The position numbers and the translations under genes were made by a program. Of a stretch of 64,000 nucleotides of DNA, positions 46,854 to 59,960 are shown in pieces; position 1 is the first letter of the stretch, and every line of letters begins with the position of its first letter. The stretch lies in assembly GCA_028819345.1 (NCBI GenBank), contig JAPPLW010000059.1, positions 3,890 through 67,889 of the forward strand, read 5' to 3'. The notes under the pieces are model-generated. The model was not told the origin of the DNA. It did no database searches and saw only the letters and a list, made by a program, of their open reading frames with translations. Origin of the DNA: a bacterium. GTDB taxonomy: Bacteria; Actinomycetota; Acidimicrobiia; Spongiisociales; ZC4RG35.

Positions 46854-47513
46854 CTATCCGTCCTGGTCCTCCGCAGGACCCGAGACAGTGCCCAACGGGC
46901 CGAATGCCGGGTACGGGCCGAGTGCGGAGTCCCGGTCGAACGGACCCCAGTCAAAACTCCTCCTGCCACCGAACAGTTCCTGGCACTCGGCGCCGACGAT
47001 CGCCTCGGGCCGTGCGGTGCGAAGCCATCTGACCAGTTCCCGGGCGCTTTCGGCGGTCATCCCCTCTATCAACTCATAGTTCACGGTGACGGCCGGCGCT
47101 CCCCCGCATGCTCCTATGCACTCCACATGCTCCACCGAGATCAGTTCCTCGGGATCGGTCTCCCCCGCCGTCACGTCCGACTCGTCCTCTATGGCCCTCA
47201 GCACCTCGTCGGACCCCAGGAGCATGCAACTGATGGAGGTGCAGCAGGAGATCAGGTAGCGGCCGGGATCGTCCCGCTTGTACATGGTGTAGAAGGAAGC
47301 CACCGCCCTGACCTGGGCGGGGGTCAGGCCGACCAAAGAGGCCACCTCCCTCATGCCGTTGTCGGTGAGGTACCCTTCCTCGGCCATGGCCAGATAGAGG
47401 AGCGGCATGACCGCCGAGCGGGGCTCCGGGTACTGCCCGACGATCTCGGAAGCCCGGGCGCGAGCGGACTCGGACCATCCTCTCCTGACGCTCGGGGAGC
47501 GAATCTCCACCAT
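46854..47513 (-). CDS. nuoE: NADH-quinone oxidoreductase subunit E (24 kDa, 2Fe-2S)
   Basis: Thioredoxin-like 2Fe-2S motifs CTSISC...CIGACGGAP. 219 aa. Confidence 0.85.
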   Translation of the reverse strand: MVEIRSPSVRRGWSESARARASEIVGQYPEPRSAVMPLLYLAMAEEGYLTDNGMREVASLVGLTPAQVRAVASFYTMYKRDDPGRYLISCCTSISCMLLGSDEVLRAIEDESDVTAGETDPEELISVEHVECIGACGGAPAVTVNYELIEGMTAESARELVRWLRTARPEAIVGAECQELFGGRRSFDWGPFDRDSALGPYPAFGPLGTVSGPAEDQDG

Positions 47514-47611
47514 CGAAGCGGAGATTAGTTAGCGAGACACCCTTCTCAAACCTAGCCCCTCGAGGCGCTGCCGTCCGATCCGGGCCGGACCGCCTGACCC
47601 CCAAGAGCTTC

Positions 47612-48703
47612 TCAGCGGATCACCAACTCGGGATGGGAGCGGATGCGGGGTCGAGCCTTCTCCACCGCTGCGGCCAGCCGGGAGAAAGCCTCGGCAGCCT
47701 CGCTCCGGGGAGCGGCCAGGGTGACCGGCTCTCCCCGGTCGGCGCCCTCTCGCATCAGGGGCAGCAAAGGTATCTGGGTCATCAGCGGGACCCCCACCTC
47801 GGTGGCGAGGGTTTCCCCGCCGCCTGATCCGAACAGTTCGTAGCGGGTCCCGTCGTCACCGGTGAACCACGACATGTTCTCCACCACGCCGATCACTTCC
47901 TGGTTGACCTGTGCCGCCATCAGCGCTGCCCGGCGCGCCACCCGCTGGGCGGTGGGTTGGGGCGTGGTTACCAACAAGACCTGGGAGCGGGGCAGGAAAT
48001 TCTGGATGGAGATGGCGATGTCGCCGGTCCCGGGAGGCATGTCGATCAGGAGGTAGTCGGGAGAGTCCCAGAAGACATCCTTCAGAAACTGCTCCAGCGC
48101 CTTGTGGAGCATCGGACCGCGCCAGATCACCGCCCGGTCCTCGGGCACGAAGTAGTCCATGGACATCACACTCACCTCATGGGCCCGGGGCGGGACGATT
48201 GATTGCTCGATCACCACCGGCGCCCGGTCTATTCCCAGCATCTGCGGGATGGAGAAACCCCAGATGTCGGCGTCGATCACACCCACCTTCCTCCCCAGTT
48301 CCCCTAGTGCGAGGGCCAGGTTGGTGGTGACCGAGGACTTCCCAACCCCGCCCTTTCCCGATGCCACCGCCACCACCCTGGTGCGCGACCCTGTCTCTCC
48401 GGGGCCGGGACCGGCCTCCCGCCGAACCCGGTCCATCATCTCCGCCCGCTCGGCGTCGCTCATCTCCTCGGTCCGCAACTCCAGGTCCGAGACCAGGTTG
48501 GCCGCCGCCTCCCGCAATCTGGCCGCCAACTCGGACAGCACCGGATAGTTCGGGACCGGAAGGGCAACGGTGACAGTCGGGGACCCGAACCTGCGAGCCT
48601 TTACCGAGCGGATCATGCCCAGCGAATGGAGAGAACGCTGCAGAAGCGGGTCTTGGACCGCCGAGAGAGCGGACCCCAACGCACCCTGGGAGACCATTAC
48701 CAA
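47612..48703 (-). CDS. apbC: Fe-S cluster carrier ATPase (Mrp/ApbC/NBP35 family)
   Basis: N-terminal DUF59-like region, deviant Walker A SGKGGVGKSS, and the CxxC-type conserved region of ParA/MinD-like ApbC. Confidence 0.85.
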   Translation of the reverse strand: MVMVSQGALGSALSAVQDPLLQRSLHSLGMIRSVKARRFGSPTVTVALPVPNYPVLSELAARLREAAANLVSDLELRTEEMSDAERAEMMDRVRREAGPGPGETGSRTRVVAVASGKGGVGKSSVTTNLALALGELGRKVGVIDADIWGFSIPQMLGIDRAPVVIEQSIVPPRAHEVSVMSMDYFVPEDRAVIWRGPMLHKALEQFLKDVFWDSPDYLLIDMPPGTGDIAISIQNFLPRSQVLLVTTPQPTAQRVARRAALMAAQVNQEVIGVVENMSWFTGDDGTRYELFGSGGGETLATEVGVPLMTQIPLLPLMREGADRGEPVTLAAPRSEAAEAFSRLAAAVEKARPRIRSHPELVIR

Positions 48704-48746
48704 TAACTATACTCCTGGGCATCGTCCAGTCAGCCAAGGTGTTGTG

Positions 48747-49457
48747 ATGTCCCAGGTAGTCGAGCAGCAGATCGCCGACTTGACCTCGGTGCTCGGAGAC
48801 CCCACCCGCCGCGCCATTTACATCGCCGCCCGGGAATCGTCGGAGCCGCTCACGGTGGGCAAGGTGGCCGAGTTGTTCGGCATTCACCGCAACCTGGCCC
48901 GCCACCACCTGGAGAAACTGACCGAAGAGGGTTACCTGAAAGTAGGGGATCAGCCCGCTCCCGCGGCAAGAAGAGCGGGAAGGCCCCCCAAGCACTATGA
49001 GTCCACCTCCCGCCACATCGAGATCACCTACCCGACCCTGAGATACGACCTGCTGGTGGAACTCCTGACCAGAATCGTGAATCGTATCTCTCCCCAGCAA
49101 CTCTCCGAGGTGGCCGAGGAAGTTGGACGCGAGTACGGCCAGGAGTTGGCCGACGAGATCGGCACGCCCGAGGACGCCGGATACAAGGAGGCGGTGCGGG
49201 GAGTCATGGGAGCGATGAGCGGGATGGGATTCGCCATGAACCCCGACTGGGACGGCGGCCGGCTGCTTACCTATCACTGTCCCTTTGGCGAAGCGGCCCT
49301 CAGCAATCCCGAAGTGGTCTGCTCGCTGGACCGGGGAATCATTTCCGGGCTCTTCGAGGCGATAGAGCGATGTTCGGAGACGGTCCTGCATCCCCACCGC
49401 GTCCGCCATGAGGACTGCGTGACGGAAATACCGGTCGAGATCACCGCGCGTTTTTGA
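48747..49457 (+). CDS. Winged-helix (ArsR-like) transcriptional regulator with Cys-rich C-terminal domain
   Basis: [47 protein letters not shown] is an ArsR-type wHTH. The C-terminal roughly 120 aa carry four Cys (YHCPF, VVCSLD, ERCSE, HEDC). ATG at 48747. Confidence 0.6.
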   Translation: MSQVVEQQIADLTSVLGDPTRRAIYIAARESSEPLTVGKVAELFGIHRNLARHHLEKLTEEGYLKVGDQPAPAARRAGRPPKHYESTSRHIEITYPTLRYDLLVELLTRIVNRISPQQLSEVAEEVGREYGQELADEIGTPEDAGYKEAVRGVMGAMSGMGFAMNPDWDGGRLLTYHCPFGEAALSNPEVVCSLDRGIISGLFEAIERCSETVLHPHRVRHEDCVTEIPVEITARF

Positions 49458-49467
49458 TCCGGCAAGC

Positions 49468-52134
<2,667 letters not shown>

Positions 52135-52165
52135 GACCACCTGCTCGAATAGCGAGCAAGCTCTT

Positions 52166-52201
52166 GGAGGGACAGCACATCAACTCGTGTCCTGTCCCTC
52201 C
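52166..52201. terminator. GC-rich hairpin (GGAGGGACAG ... CTGTCCCTCC) between convergent acnA and the membrane-protein gene; putative bidirectional terminator
   Basis: Perfect 10-bp outer stem with an extendable inner stem, lying in the 116-bp gap between convergent gene ends. No strong U-tract, which is common in high-GC actinobacteria. Confidence 0.45.
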
Positions 52202-52250
52202 GAAAGCTGAGACTTTGGTTGGGATCCCTTCCCAACCGCCATCCGGATCG

Positions 52251-52976
52251 TCAGGAAGCGCCGGCCAGGGAACCGCTCTTCCTGATCAATACTGCTCCGA
52301 ACACGATGATCCAGACCACTTGGACCAACGCTACAAGGTTGCCTATTAGGAAGACAACGAAGACGCTGTCGCCCAACAACGGCGCCAGGAGCAGGAGGAA
52401 CGACCCCACCGCCGCCGTGGCTATCACCAGGATGCCGGTCAGGAGATTGTTGGAACCCATCAGATTGGCATTCATCACCGAAGTGGCGAAGAGCGCCACC
52501 CCGGCCAGGTTGAGAATGGTGGCAAAGACCGAGAAGGATCCTTCCATCACCAGGAACATCACTGCGGTATCCAGGCCAGGGCCAGCGTCCAAGGCGCCGG
52601 CCGGGGCATAATTGATAGTGGTTGCCAGCAGGAGACCCATGGCAAACGAAGCCGTACGGAGCGCCAGGGCGACCCCGAGGATCATCAACCCGGCTTTCCG
52701 TAGGTGTGCCCGACCATCGTCTGACGACATGAATCGATCGACGCACCAAAACCCGAACAGCAGGCCGAAGGAGGCGATGAACCCCACGTCGACCAACAGT
52801 TGGACGAACGTGCCGTTGGACGCAGCTGACTGGACTCCTGCCTGCATCGCAGCCTGAGCGCCGTCGGCGTGGTCACTCGGGAAGCTTCCCGGCCGGCTTA
52901 CGCTCACCAGCAGATCCACCAGCGGGCCGATCAGCAGGAGCAACCCGGCGATTTTGGCTGTTTTTGCGGTAGTCAC
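52251..52976 (-). CDS. Integral membrane protein (DUF4386-like)
   Basis: Six predicted TM helices. GTG start at 52976 with AAGGAAAGAGG SD upstream; the ORF track extends to 53054. Confidence 0.55.
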   Translation of the reverse strand: MTTAKTAKIAGLLLLIGPLVDLLVSVSRPGSFPSDHADGAQAAMQAGVQSAASNGTFVQLLVDVGFIASFGLLFGFWCVDRFMSSDDGRAHLRKAGLMILGVALALRTASFAMGLLLATTINYAPAGALDAGPGLDTAVMFLVMEGSFSVFATILNLAGVALFATSVMNANLMGSNNLLTGILVIATAAVGSFLLLLAPLLGDSVFVVFLIGNLVALVQVVWIIVFGAVLIRKSGSLAGAS

Positions 52977-53237
52977 TTTATAAACCTCTTTCCTTGTCCG
53001 CTTTCCGTGGCCTGACGGCGCATTCGGCGGTCGAAACCAGGCGCAGCCTTTCAATGAATGTTACACCGGGGACCTCATTCCCCGCGGGCGCAACCACCGC
53101 CATTGAAAGGGAATTTGGTCCAGGAAGGCGTGGCGGCGCCATGGGCCCTTGTGAGCCGGCCGGACCAAGCCTATTGTGGGGAGTTGAATCTCAGCTGAGG
53201 AAACCCGCCCATGCTGAGTCGCAAAGGAGTGAAGGTA

Positions 53238-54047
53238 ATGACGGAAATGGATTTGAGAGCTATCACGGGGAGTACGGTCGTCGATCTGGCCCACTCGTGG
53301 TTCCGAGGCATGCCGGTGTCCCCCAACCAGCCCCCCTTCCAGTTGGCCATGGTCAAACGCCACGGCGACGACGTAAAACCCGACGGTCAGTCGTCGGCCA
53401 GTGAGATATACACCCTGAGCGGGCATGTGGGCACCCATATCGACGGCATTTGCCACGTCTCCCAGGACGGTCTGATGCATGGAGGGGTGGAGCCCGTGGT
53501 GGCGTCAACCGGGCAGGGATACACGGAGTTGGGAATGGAGACGGTGAAGCCCTTCTTCTGCCGCGGCGTGCTCTTGGACGTAGCCCGCGTCCACTCCGTG
53601 GGGCATCTGCCTCCCGCCTACGAGATCACCGCCTCGGACCTCGCCGCGGCGGAAGAGGCTTCCGGGACGACCGTCCAAGCAGGCGATGTGGCGCTCCTCC
53701 ACAGTGGTTGGAACGCCCTATGGGACGACCCGGCGGCTTTCGGAGGCCACGAGGACGGCACGCCCGGACCCGGGATGGAGGCGGCCGATTGGCTGGCCCA
53801 CAGGGGTGTGCGAGCAGTTGGCGCAGAGACGATCGGCTTCGAGGTCATCACCCCGGAGGTCGGCCTGAGTTCTCTGCCCATTCACCGCCGGCTGCTGGTG
53901 GAGGCGGGCATCTACCTCTTCGAGGTGATGAACCTGGGGCCACTGGCGGCGCTCGGGGTGGGAGAGTTCCTGTTTGTGGCAAGCCCTCTCAAGCTGGTGG
54001 GAGCAACCGGGTCGCCCGTCAGACCGTTGGCGGTTGTCTTTGACTGA
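53238..54047 (+). CDS. Cyclase family protein (kynurenine formamidase-like, putative metal-dependent hydrolase)
   Basis: HxGTHxDxPxH-type motif (SGHVGTHIDGICHV). 270 aa. ATG at 53238 after AAGGAGTGAAGG. Confidence 0.7.
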   Translation: MTEMDLRAITGSTVVDLAHSWFRGMPVSPNQPPFQLAMVKRHGDDVKPDGQSSASEIYTLSGHVGTHIDGICHVSQDGLMHGGVEPVVASTGQGYTELGMETVKPFFCRGVLLDVARVHSVGHLPPAYEITASDLAAAEEASGTTVQAGDVALLHSGWNALWDDPAAFGGHEDGTPGPGMEAADWLAHRGVRAVGAETIGFEVITPEVGLSSLPIHRRLLVEAGIYLFEVMNLGPLAALGVGEFLFVASPLKLVGATGSPVRPLAVVFD

Positions 54048-54101
54048 CCGCAGCTTCGCCATGGCCATCCACGGAAGCGTTTTGATCGAAGGCCCCCTGC
54101 A

Positions 54102-55295
54102 ATGAGTGGCCCGTTGCAGGGAGTCCGGGTGATCGACATCGCCACCCTGTTCGCCGGGCCCACGGCCGCCACCATCCTGGGCGACTACGGGGCCTCGGTG
54201 ATCAAAGTTGAGCATCCCCGCGGAGACCCGGTACGCGACCACGGACATTCCAAGGATGGGGTTGCCTTGTGGTGGAAGACACTCAATCGCAACAAGCAGG
54301 CCATCACCTTGAACCTCTCCACAACGCAGGGGCAGGAACTATTGCTGCGTTTGATCTCGGATGCAGACGCGCTCATCGAGAACTTCCGGCCGGGAACACT
54401 CGAGCGTTGGAATCTGGCCCCCGACCTTCTGATGGAGAAGAACCCGGGTCTGGTCATAGCCCGGGTGAGCGGGTTCGGGCAGTTCGGCCCCTATTCCAGC
54501 CGCCCCGGTTTCGGCACCTTGGCCGAAGCGATGAGCGGGTTCGCCTCCCTTACCGGCCACCCGGACGGGCCCCCGACCCTCCCACCCTTCGGACTGGCCG
54601 ACAGCGTGGCCGGCCTGAGCGTTGCATCGGCGGTGGTGATGGCCATCCTTCACAGGGACCGCAGCGACGAAGGTCGAGGACAGGTGATCGACTGCGCCAT
54701 CATCGAACCGATCATGGCCATGCTGGGGCCTCATGCCCTGGTCTACGACCAACTGGGGCTCATCCAGCCGCGCACCGGCAACCGGTCGACCGAGAACGCC
54801 CCCCGCAACACCTATCTGACCCGCGACAACCGATGGGTGGCGGTCTCCACCAGCGCCCAGAGCATCGCCGAGCGGGTGATGCGCCTGGTTGGCTTTCCCG
54901 AACTGATCGAGGAGCCGTGGTTTTCCTCTGGGCATGAACGCGCCAAGCGAGCGGACCTGCTTGACAGATGCGTGGGCGACTGGATCGCCCAGCGGGACCT
55001 GGAGGAGGTGATGGAGGCATTCACCCAGGCCCAGGCGGCTGTGGCTCCCATATATGACATATCCCAGATCATGGAGGATCCCCAGTACCAGGCGCTCGAC
55101 TCCATCACCGAGGTGGAGGATCCCGAGTTGGGGAGGATCAAGATGCAGAACGTGCTGGTCCGTATGTCGGAGACCCCCGGCCGGGTCCGTTGGAGCGGCC
55201 GTCCCCGGGGAGCAGACAACCGGCGGATCTACTGTGAGGAGTTGGGCCTAAGCGAGGAAGAGTTGGCTGAGTTAGCTGAGAAAGGAGTGGTGTGA
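54102..55295 (+). CDS. CoA-transferase family III protein (CaiB/BaiF-like)
   Basis: N-terminus GVRVIDIATLFAGPTAATILGDYGASVIKVE is the class-III CoA-transferase start. 397 aa. Confidence 0.85.
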   Translation: MSGPLQGVRVIDIATLFAGPTAATILGDYGASVIKVEHPRGDPVRDHGHSKDGVALWWKTLNRNKQAITLNLSTTQGQELLLRLISDADALIENFRPGTLERWNLAPDLLMEKNPGLVIARVSGFGQFGPYSSRPGFGTLAEAMSGFASLTGHPDGPPTLPPFGLADSVAGLSVASAVVMAILHRDRSDEGRGQVIDCAIIEPIMAMLGPHALVYDQLGLIQPRTGNRSTENAPRNTYLTRDNRWVAVSTSAQSIAERVMRLVGFPELIEEPWFSSGHERAKRADLLDRCVGDWIAQRDLEEVMEAFTQAQAAVAPIYDISQIMEDPQYQALDSITEVEDPELGRIKMQNVLVRMSETPGRVRWSGRPRGADNRRIYCEELGLSEEELAELAEKGVV

Positions 55296-55319
55296 CTCAC
55301 CCCCGGCCAGTGCTGGTGA

Positions 55320-56573
55320 TCAGCCGCCGGGCATGGGATCGAAGTCCATTCCCAACTCGGCCTTGCCGAGATGTTCTTCCATCTCGGGGGCCTTGAAGAT
55401 GATGGCGGTCTGAGCCAGCAGGTCCCGGTACAACCTCTCGTAGGGAGCTACTGACACGATCCCGTGGGCTCCGGCCAGCCGGAAGGACTCCCGGGCGACT
55501 TCCTCGGTCATCCTGCGGACGTGATAGAGGGCCAGCAGGCTGATCCAGGCCCGCTTGTTCTGCGGGAATAGGGGATCCGACAGTTTGGCGGCGGTGTCGT
55601 ACAGCACGGTGGACGCCGTCCGAACCCAAAAGCTCATCCGCCCGTAGGTGGACTGCGCCCATCCCACGTCGGCGCGGGTCAGGGCCTTCTGGCCCTTGAT
55701 GGCGACCGCGATCCCACCCTTGCGCTTTCGCAGGTAACCGGCCATGTAGTCGAGGATCCGACGGCAATGGCCCACCTGCATCCCGCCGCCGGACAGATTG
55801 AGAAGACCGAACGCCATATGCTGGACTTCCCCTTCGTCGTCCGTGAACGTGGCCTGGGGCTGATCGAGGTCCCGCACCATCGCATACTTGTCGGGCACGA
55901 AGGCGTTCTCGATGGTCACCGAGTTGGTGGCCGTCCCCCGCAGGCCCATGGCGTTCCAGTCGTCATGGATGATCATGCCGGGCGTCCCCACCGGAACGAA
56001 CATCACCAGCAACTTCCGACCCACCAACTCTCCCTGGTCGTCCACCACCGAGGCAATGGTCCCCACATAGGTGGCGCCGTCGGAGTTGGTGGCGAACCCC
56101 ACCCGGCCGCCGCCCAGCCATCCCCCGTCCACCCGGCGGAACCGGGCTCCCACCTTGGTCACGTCCAACTCGTCGGGAGGCGCCGAGGCGGCCCCGCAGA
56201 ACATGGACTGGTTCTCGGCGCAGTCCCTGAGCAGAGCGGCCATGTTCGGGTCCCCGAAGGCGTACGGGCCGATCAGGTCGAGAGCCGACCAGTGCATGTT
56301 GGTGCAGGCCGCCGACACCGGATCGCCGTAGGCGATGGCCTCCGCCACCTTGGTGCGGGTGGCGATATTGTGGCCGGGTCCCCCGAACTGCGGATGGATG
56401 GCCATGGAAGGCACCCCCACCGACTTGAGGGCCGCCATGTTCTCGAAGGGATAGCGGGATTCCCGGTCGTTTCGGGCGGCTCTGCCGAAGAAATCCTCCT
56501 CGCTCACCACCTTCTCTACAAGTTTTACGTAATCGTGATCGATCACGTCTGCGGATACATTGTTCTCATTCAC
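55320..56573 (-). CDS. Acyl-CoA dehydrogenase family protein
   Basis: 417 aa. ACAD middle and C-terminal domain sequence similarity. Confidence 0.7.
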   Translation of the reverse strand: MNENNVSADVIDHDYVKLVEKVVSEEDFFGRAARNDRESRYPFENMAALKSVGVPSMAIHPQFGGPGHNIATRTKVAEAIAYGDPVSAACTNMHWSALDLIGPYAFGDPNMAALLRDCAENQSMFCGAASAPPDELDVTKVGARFRRVDGGWLGGGRVGFATNSDGATYVGTIASVVDDQGELVGRKLLVMFVPVGTPGMIIHDDWNAMGLRGTATNSVTIENAFVPDKYAMVRDLDQPQATFTDDEGEVQHMAFGLLNLSGGGMQVGHCRRILDYMAGYLRKRKGGIAVAIKGQKALTRADVGWAQSTYGRMSFWVRTASTVLYDTAAKLSDPLFPQNKRAWISLLALYHVRRMTEEVARESFRLAGAHGIVSVAPYERLYRDLLAQTAIIFKAPEMEEHLGKAELGMDFDPMPGG

Positions 56574-56704
56574 GCAGACAAGAATAACCTCGCGCTTTTA
56601 GGGTTCGTCCAACGCCCTGGCGGGATCCGTCTAGGCATCACCGGGAACCTCCGCCGGTCCCGAGGGAATCAGGACCGGCTGTCTCCACTCCGCTTCGGGG
56701 TCGG

Positions 56705-58027
56705 TTACGCGACCCCGCGCAGTCCTCCGGGGCGGTTGAACTGCATCTCCTCGGTTGACCCGGCCAGCGCCAGCGTCGAGGCGCGGCCGCCGGTCACAAC
56801 CTGCGTCACCTGGTCGAAATAGCCGGCGCCGACCTCAGCCTGGTGTCGGATGGCGGTATAGCCATGGACCTCGGAGGAGAACTCCTGGCTCTGAAGCCTG
56901 CTGTAGGCGGCCATGCCCTCTGCGTTGTAAGCCCGGGCGAGTTCGAAGGTCTGGTGGTTCACCAGATGCCAGCCGGCCAGGGTGATGAACTGGAACCTGT
57001 ATCCCAACTCGGCGAGTTCGTCCTGGAACCGCGTGATCTGGCTCTGGCTGAGGCGCCGCTCCCAGTTGAACGAAGGCGAGCAGTTGTAGGCCAAGAGCTT
57101 CCCGGGGTACCTGGCATGGATGGCTTCGGCGAAACGCGCCGCTTCCTCGAGGTCGGGTTCGGAGGTCTCGCACCACAGGATGTCGGCGTACGGCGCGTAG
57201 GCCAGGGCGCGGGCAGTGGCGGCCTCCATCCCACCTCGCACCACGTGGTATCCCTCGGCGGTCCGCTCCCCGGTGAGGAAGCTGTGATCGCGATCGTCAA
57301 TGTCGCTCATCAGCAGCGTCGCGTCCCTGGCGTCGGTCCTGGCTATCAGGACGGTTGGGACATCCAGCACGTCCGCCGCCAACCGGGCAGCGGTCAGGGT
57401 GCGGATGAACTGGGAGATCGGCACCAAGACCTTGCCTCCCATGTGCCCGCACTTCTTCTCCGACGCCAACTGGTCCTCGAAGTGGACCCCTGCCGCGCCG
57501 GCCTCGATCATGGATTTCATCAACTCGAAGCTGTGAATCGGACCGCCGAACCCGGCCTCGGCATCGGCCACGATCGGCGCCAACCAATGGACACCGCGGT
57601 CACCGTTCATGTGAGCGATCTGATCGGCGCGGATCAAGGCGTTGTTGATCCGCTTGACCAGCTTCGGCGCACTGTCCGACGGGTAGAGACTCTGGTCCGG
57701 GTAGGTCTGTCCGGCAGCGTTGGCGTCGGCGGCCACCTGCCAGCCACTCAGGTAGATAGCTTTTAGCCCTGCCTTCACCATCTGCACCGCCTGGGAGCCG
57801 GTCAAGGCTCCGAAAGTGCGGACGAGCGGTTCGTCGTTGAGCAGACCCCACAGCCGCTCCGCCCCGGTCTGGGCGAGGGTGTGTTCGATCTTGAGTGAGC
57901 CGCGTAGCGCCAGCATGTCGGCACCGGAGTAGGGGCGCTCAATGCCCCTCCACCGTTCCTCCATGTCCCAGCGGATCTGGGGGTCTCCTACTACAGCCGA
58001 ATACCCGTTGTGGCCATTGATCGACAT
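56705..58027 (-). CDS. aceA: Isocitrate lyase
   Basis: KKCGHMGGK catalytic signature and full-length ICL sequence. ATG at 58027 lies 9 nt after AAAGGAGG (the alternative ATG at 58033 is only 3 nt after it). Confidence 0.9.
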   Translation of the reverse strand: MSINGHNGYSAVVGDPQIRWDMEERWRGIERPYSGADMLALRGSLKIEHTLAQTGAERLWGLLNDEPLVRTFGALTGSQAVQMVKAGLKAIYLSGWQVAADANAAGQTYPDQSLYPSDSAPKLVKRINNALIRADQIAHMNGDRGVHWLAPIVADAEAGFGGPIHSFELMKSMIEAGAAGVHFEDQLASEKKCGHMGGKVLVPISQFIRTLTAARLAADVLDVPTVLIARTDARDATLLMSDIDDRDHSFLTGERTAEGYHVVRGGMEAATARALAYAPYADILWCETSEPDLEEAARFAEAIHARYPGKLLAYNCSPSFNWERRLSQSQITRFQDELAELGYRFQFITLAGWHLVNHQTFELARAYNAEGMAAYSRLQSQEFSSEVHGYTAIRHQAEVGAGYFDQVTQVVTGGRASTLALAGSTEEMQFNRPGGLRGVA

Positions 58028-58157
58028 AGTCATCGTCCTCCTTTGGCGTTGCGGGATTAGCTGTTTTGGAGTGCGCGCCGCCCATAGCCTGCGTCGCCCG
58101 GAGAGCCTTTACAGGTACAAGTGGTCAACACAAAGACAGTATTTGACAAACCGAGCG

Positions 58158-58175
58158 ATAAGACTAGACCCTTAT
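58158..58175. promoter_or_regulatory. LysR-type T-N11-A box ATAAGACTAGACCCTTAT in the aceA / LysR divergent intergenic region
   Basis: Inverted repeat ATAAG-N8-CTTAT, 50 bp upstream of the LysR gene and 130 bp upstream of aceA. Confidence 0.5.
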
Positions 58176-58227
58176 TTCGTATTGCAGCGATAGTCTGCAC
58201 CTATCATTACTACGACAGGATTTGGTA

Positions 58228-59142
58228 ATGGAACTGACACAACTCCAATCTTTTCTCGAAGCGGCCAGATCGGGCAGCTTTCGCAGCGCCGCCCGAGCGC
58301 TGTATGTGAGCCAGCCATCGCTGAGCGGGAGGATCAGGGCCCTTGAGCGGGAGTTGCGGGCTCCGTTATTCCATCGCCTGGGGAGGGGCGTGCGGCTGAC
58401 CGAGGCCGGTGAGGCCTTCCGGCCGTTTGTCGAGCAGGCGCTGGAAACGCTCGACCTGGGGACCGAAGCTGTCCGCAACAGGCAGGAAACCCAAAGAAAG
58501 ACCATCACCATCGGCTCGGCCCGGATCATTGGGACCTACATACTCCCGCCAACCCTGGAGCGATTCCAGCAACGCTTTCCACAGGTCTCGGCTCGCATAC
58601 GCACCGGGAGGTCTTCCGATGTGATCGAGATGGTGGCGAACGGGGTGGTTGACATCGGCCTGTCAAGGGGTATCTACCATCCCGATGTCCTCTCCATACA
58701 CCTCTACGACGAGCCGATCGTGCTCGCCACCTACCCCGATCATCCTTTCGCAAGGAGGGGACATGCCTACATATCGGAGGTTGCCAGACAACCTCTCATC
58801 CTTTACGACCCGAGTTCGACGTACTTCCTGCTGATCAACCAAGCCTGCCGCGAGGCGGGGATCGTGCCCCAGATCGAGACGATGCTCGACAACATCGAGG
58901 CCACCAAGCGCATGGTGGCTCTGGGACTGGGCATCTCCTTCCTGCCACACAGCGCCATCCTCACCGAAATCGAGCAGGAAACGCTTCGACATATCGAGTT
59001 GAAGGGCGACCAGCAGGTCCATCTGCCCACCCATGTGCTGGTGCGCAGGGCCCAGCACTACAGCCCTCCCCTGCTCGACTTCCTGACATTGCTGAGGGAG
59101 ATCTACGGATGCGACATCTCCGAGATCGTCGAGAGTTCATAG
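58228..59142 (+). CDS. LysR family transcriptional regulator
   Basis: N-terminal HTH LTQLQSFLEAARSGSFRSAARALYVSQPSLSGRIRALE plus a LysR substrate-binding domain. Divergent from aceA. Confidence 0.85.
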   Translation: MELTQLQSFLEAARSGSFRSAARALYVSQPSLSGRIRALERELRAPLFHRLGRGVRLTEAGEAFRPFVEQALETLDLGTEAVRNRQETQRKTITIGSARIIGTYILPPTLERFQQRFPQVSARIRTGRSSDVIEMVANGVVDIGLSRGIYHPDVLSIHLYDEPIVLATYPDHPFARRGHAYISEVARQPLILYDPSSTYFLLINQACREAGIVPQIETMLDNIEATKRMVALGLGISFLPHSAILTEIEQETLRHIELKGDQQVHLPTHVLVRRAQHYSPPLLDFLTLLREIYGCDISEIVESS

Positions 59143-59188
59143 GGAGCGGAAGGGCCTCAAGCCGCCTCCGGCATTACCCTCGGCCTTG

Positions 59189-59920
59189 ATGTCGACGTCT
59201 CATGCGGTGGTGACCGGCGCCTCGGGCGCCATCGGGTCGGCGTGCGTGCGCCTCCTCCACGAACGAGGGTGGGAGATAACCGGACTTGATGTGGTCGATC
59301 CGCCCCCCGGGCTCGAATACGTCTCCTGGCACATGGCCGACGTGCGGGACCGGGAAGCGCTGGGCAGGCTGGCGGAGCAGACCGGACAGGTGCAGCTTCT
59401 GATCAACGGCGCCGGTTTCGGAGACCGAGCGCCTGCGGCGGAGATGACCGTACAGCAGTGGCAGAGCGTGCTGGACGTCTGCCTGACGGGGACGTTCATG
59501 ACATCCCAGGCCTTCTATCCCAACCTCTGTCAAGCCGAAGGAGCGGTGATCATGAACATCGCCTCCCTGGCCGCGCAGCGGTCCTGCGCCCTGCACGCCA
59601 ACTACTGCGCCGCCAAGGCCGGCGTGGAGTCGCTCACCCAGGTGCTGGCTCTCGAGTGGGCGGCCGACCAGATCAGGGTGATAGCGGTGAGCCCGGGGGT
59701 GGTGAACACCCCCATCGTCCGAAAGAACATGGCCCCGGGATCGGACCGAGAGAAGGCCATTATCGGGATGACTCCCCTGGGACGTCTGTTCGGACCCGAC
59801 GAGTTGGCCCGGCTGATCCTCGCCTACTGCTCCGACGACTTCTCGCACGTCACCGGGTCCACCCTGGTGGCCGACGGAGGATTCGCCACCGCCGGCGGGC
59901 TCCCCCAGTTCTACAACTGA
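59189..59920 (+). CDS. SDR family oxidoreductase
   Basis: VTGASGAIGSA Rossmann motif, YCAAKAG catalytic region. Confidence 0.8.
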   Translation: MSTSHAVVTGASGAIGSACVRLLHERGWEITGLDVVDPPPGLEYVSWHMADVRDREALGRLAEQTGQVQLLINGAGFGDRAPAAEMTVQQWQSVLDVCLTGTFMTSQAFYPNLCQAEGAVIMNIASLAAQRSCALHANYCAAKAGVESLTQVLALEWAADQIRVIAVSPGVVNTPIVRKNMAPGSDREKAIIGMTPLGRLFGPDELARLILAYCSDDFSHVTGSTLVADGGFATAGGLPQFYN

Positions 59921-59960
59921 CGGGCGGCAGCCCTCTTTCCCAGGCCCACTTCCGGGACGG

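Noticed and set aside
56653-56679. Hairpin GCCGGTCC...GGACCGGC 25 nt downstream of the aceA stop
   Set aside because: Plausible aceA terminator, but only an 8-bp stem with an 11-nt loop and no U-tract. Left as unconfirmed.
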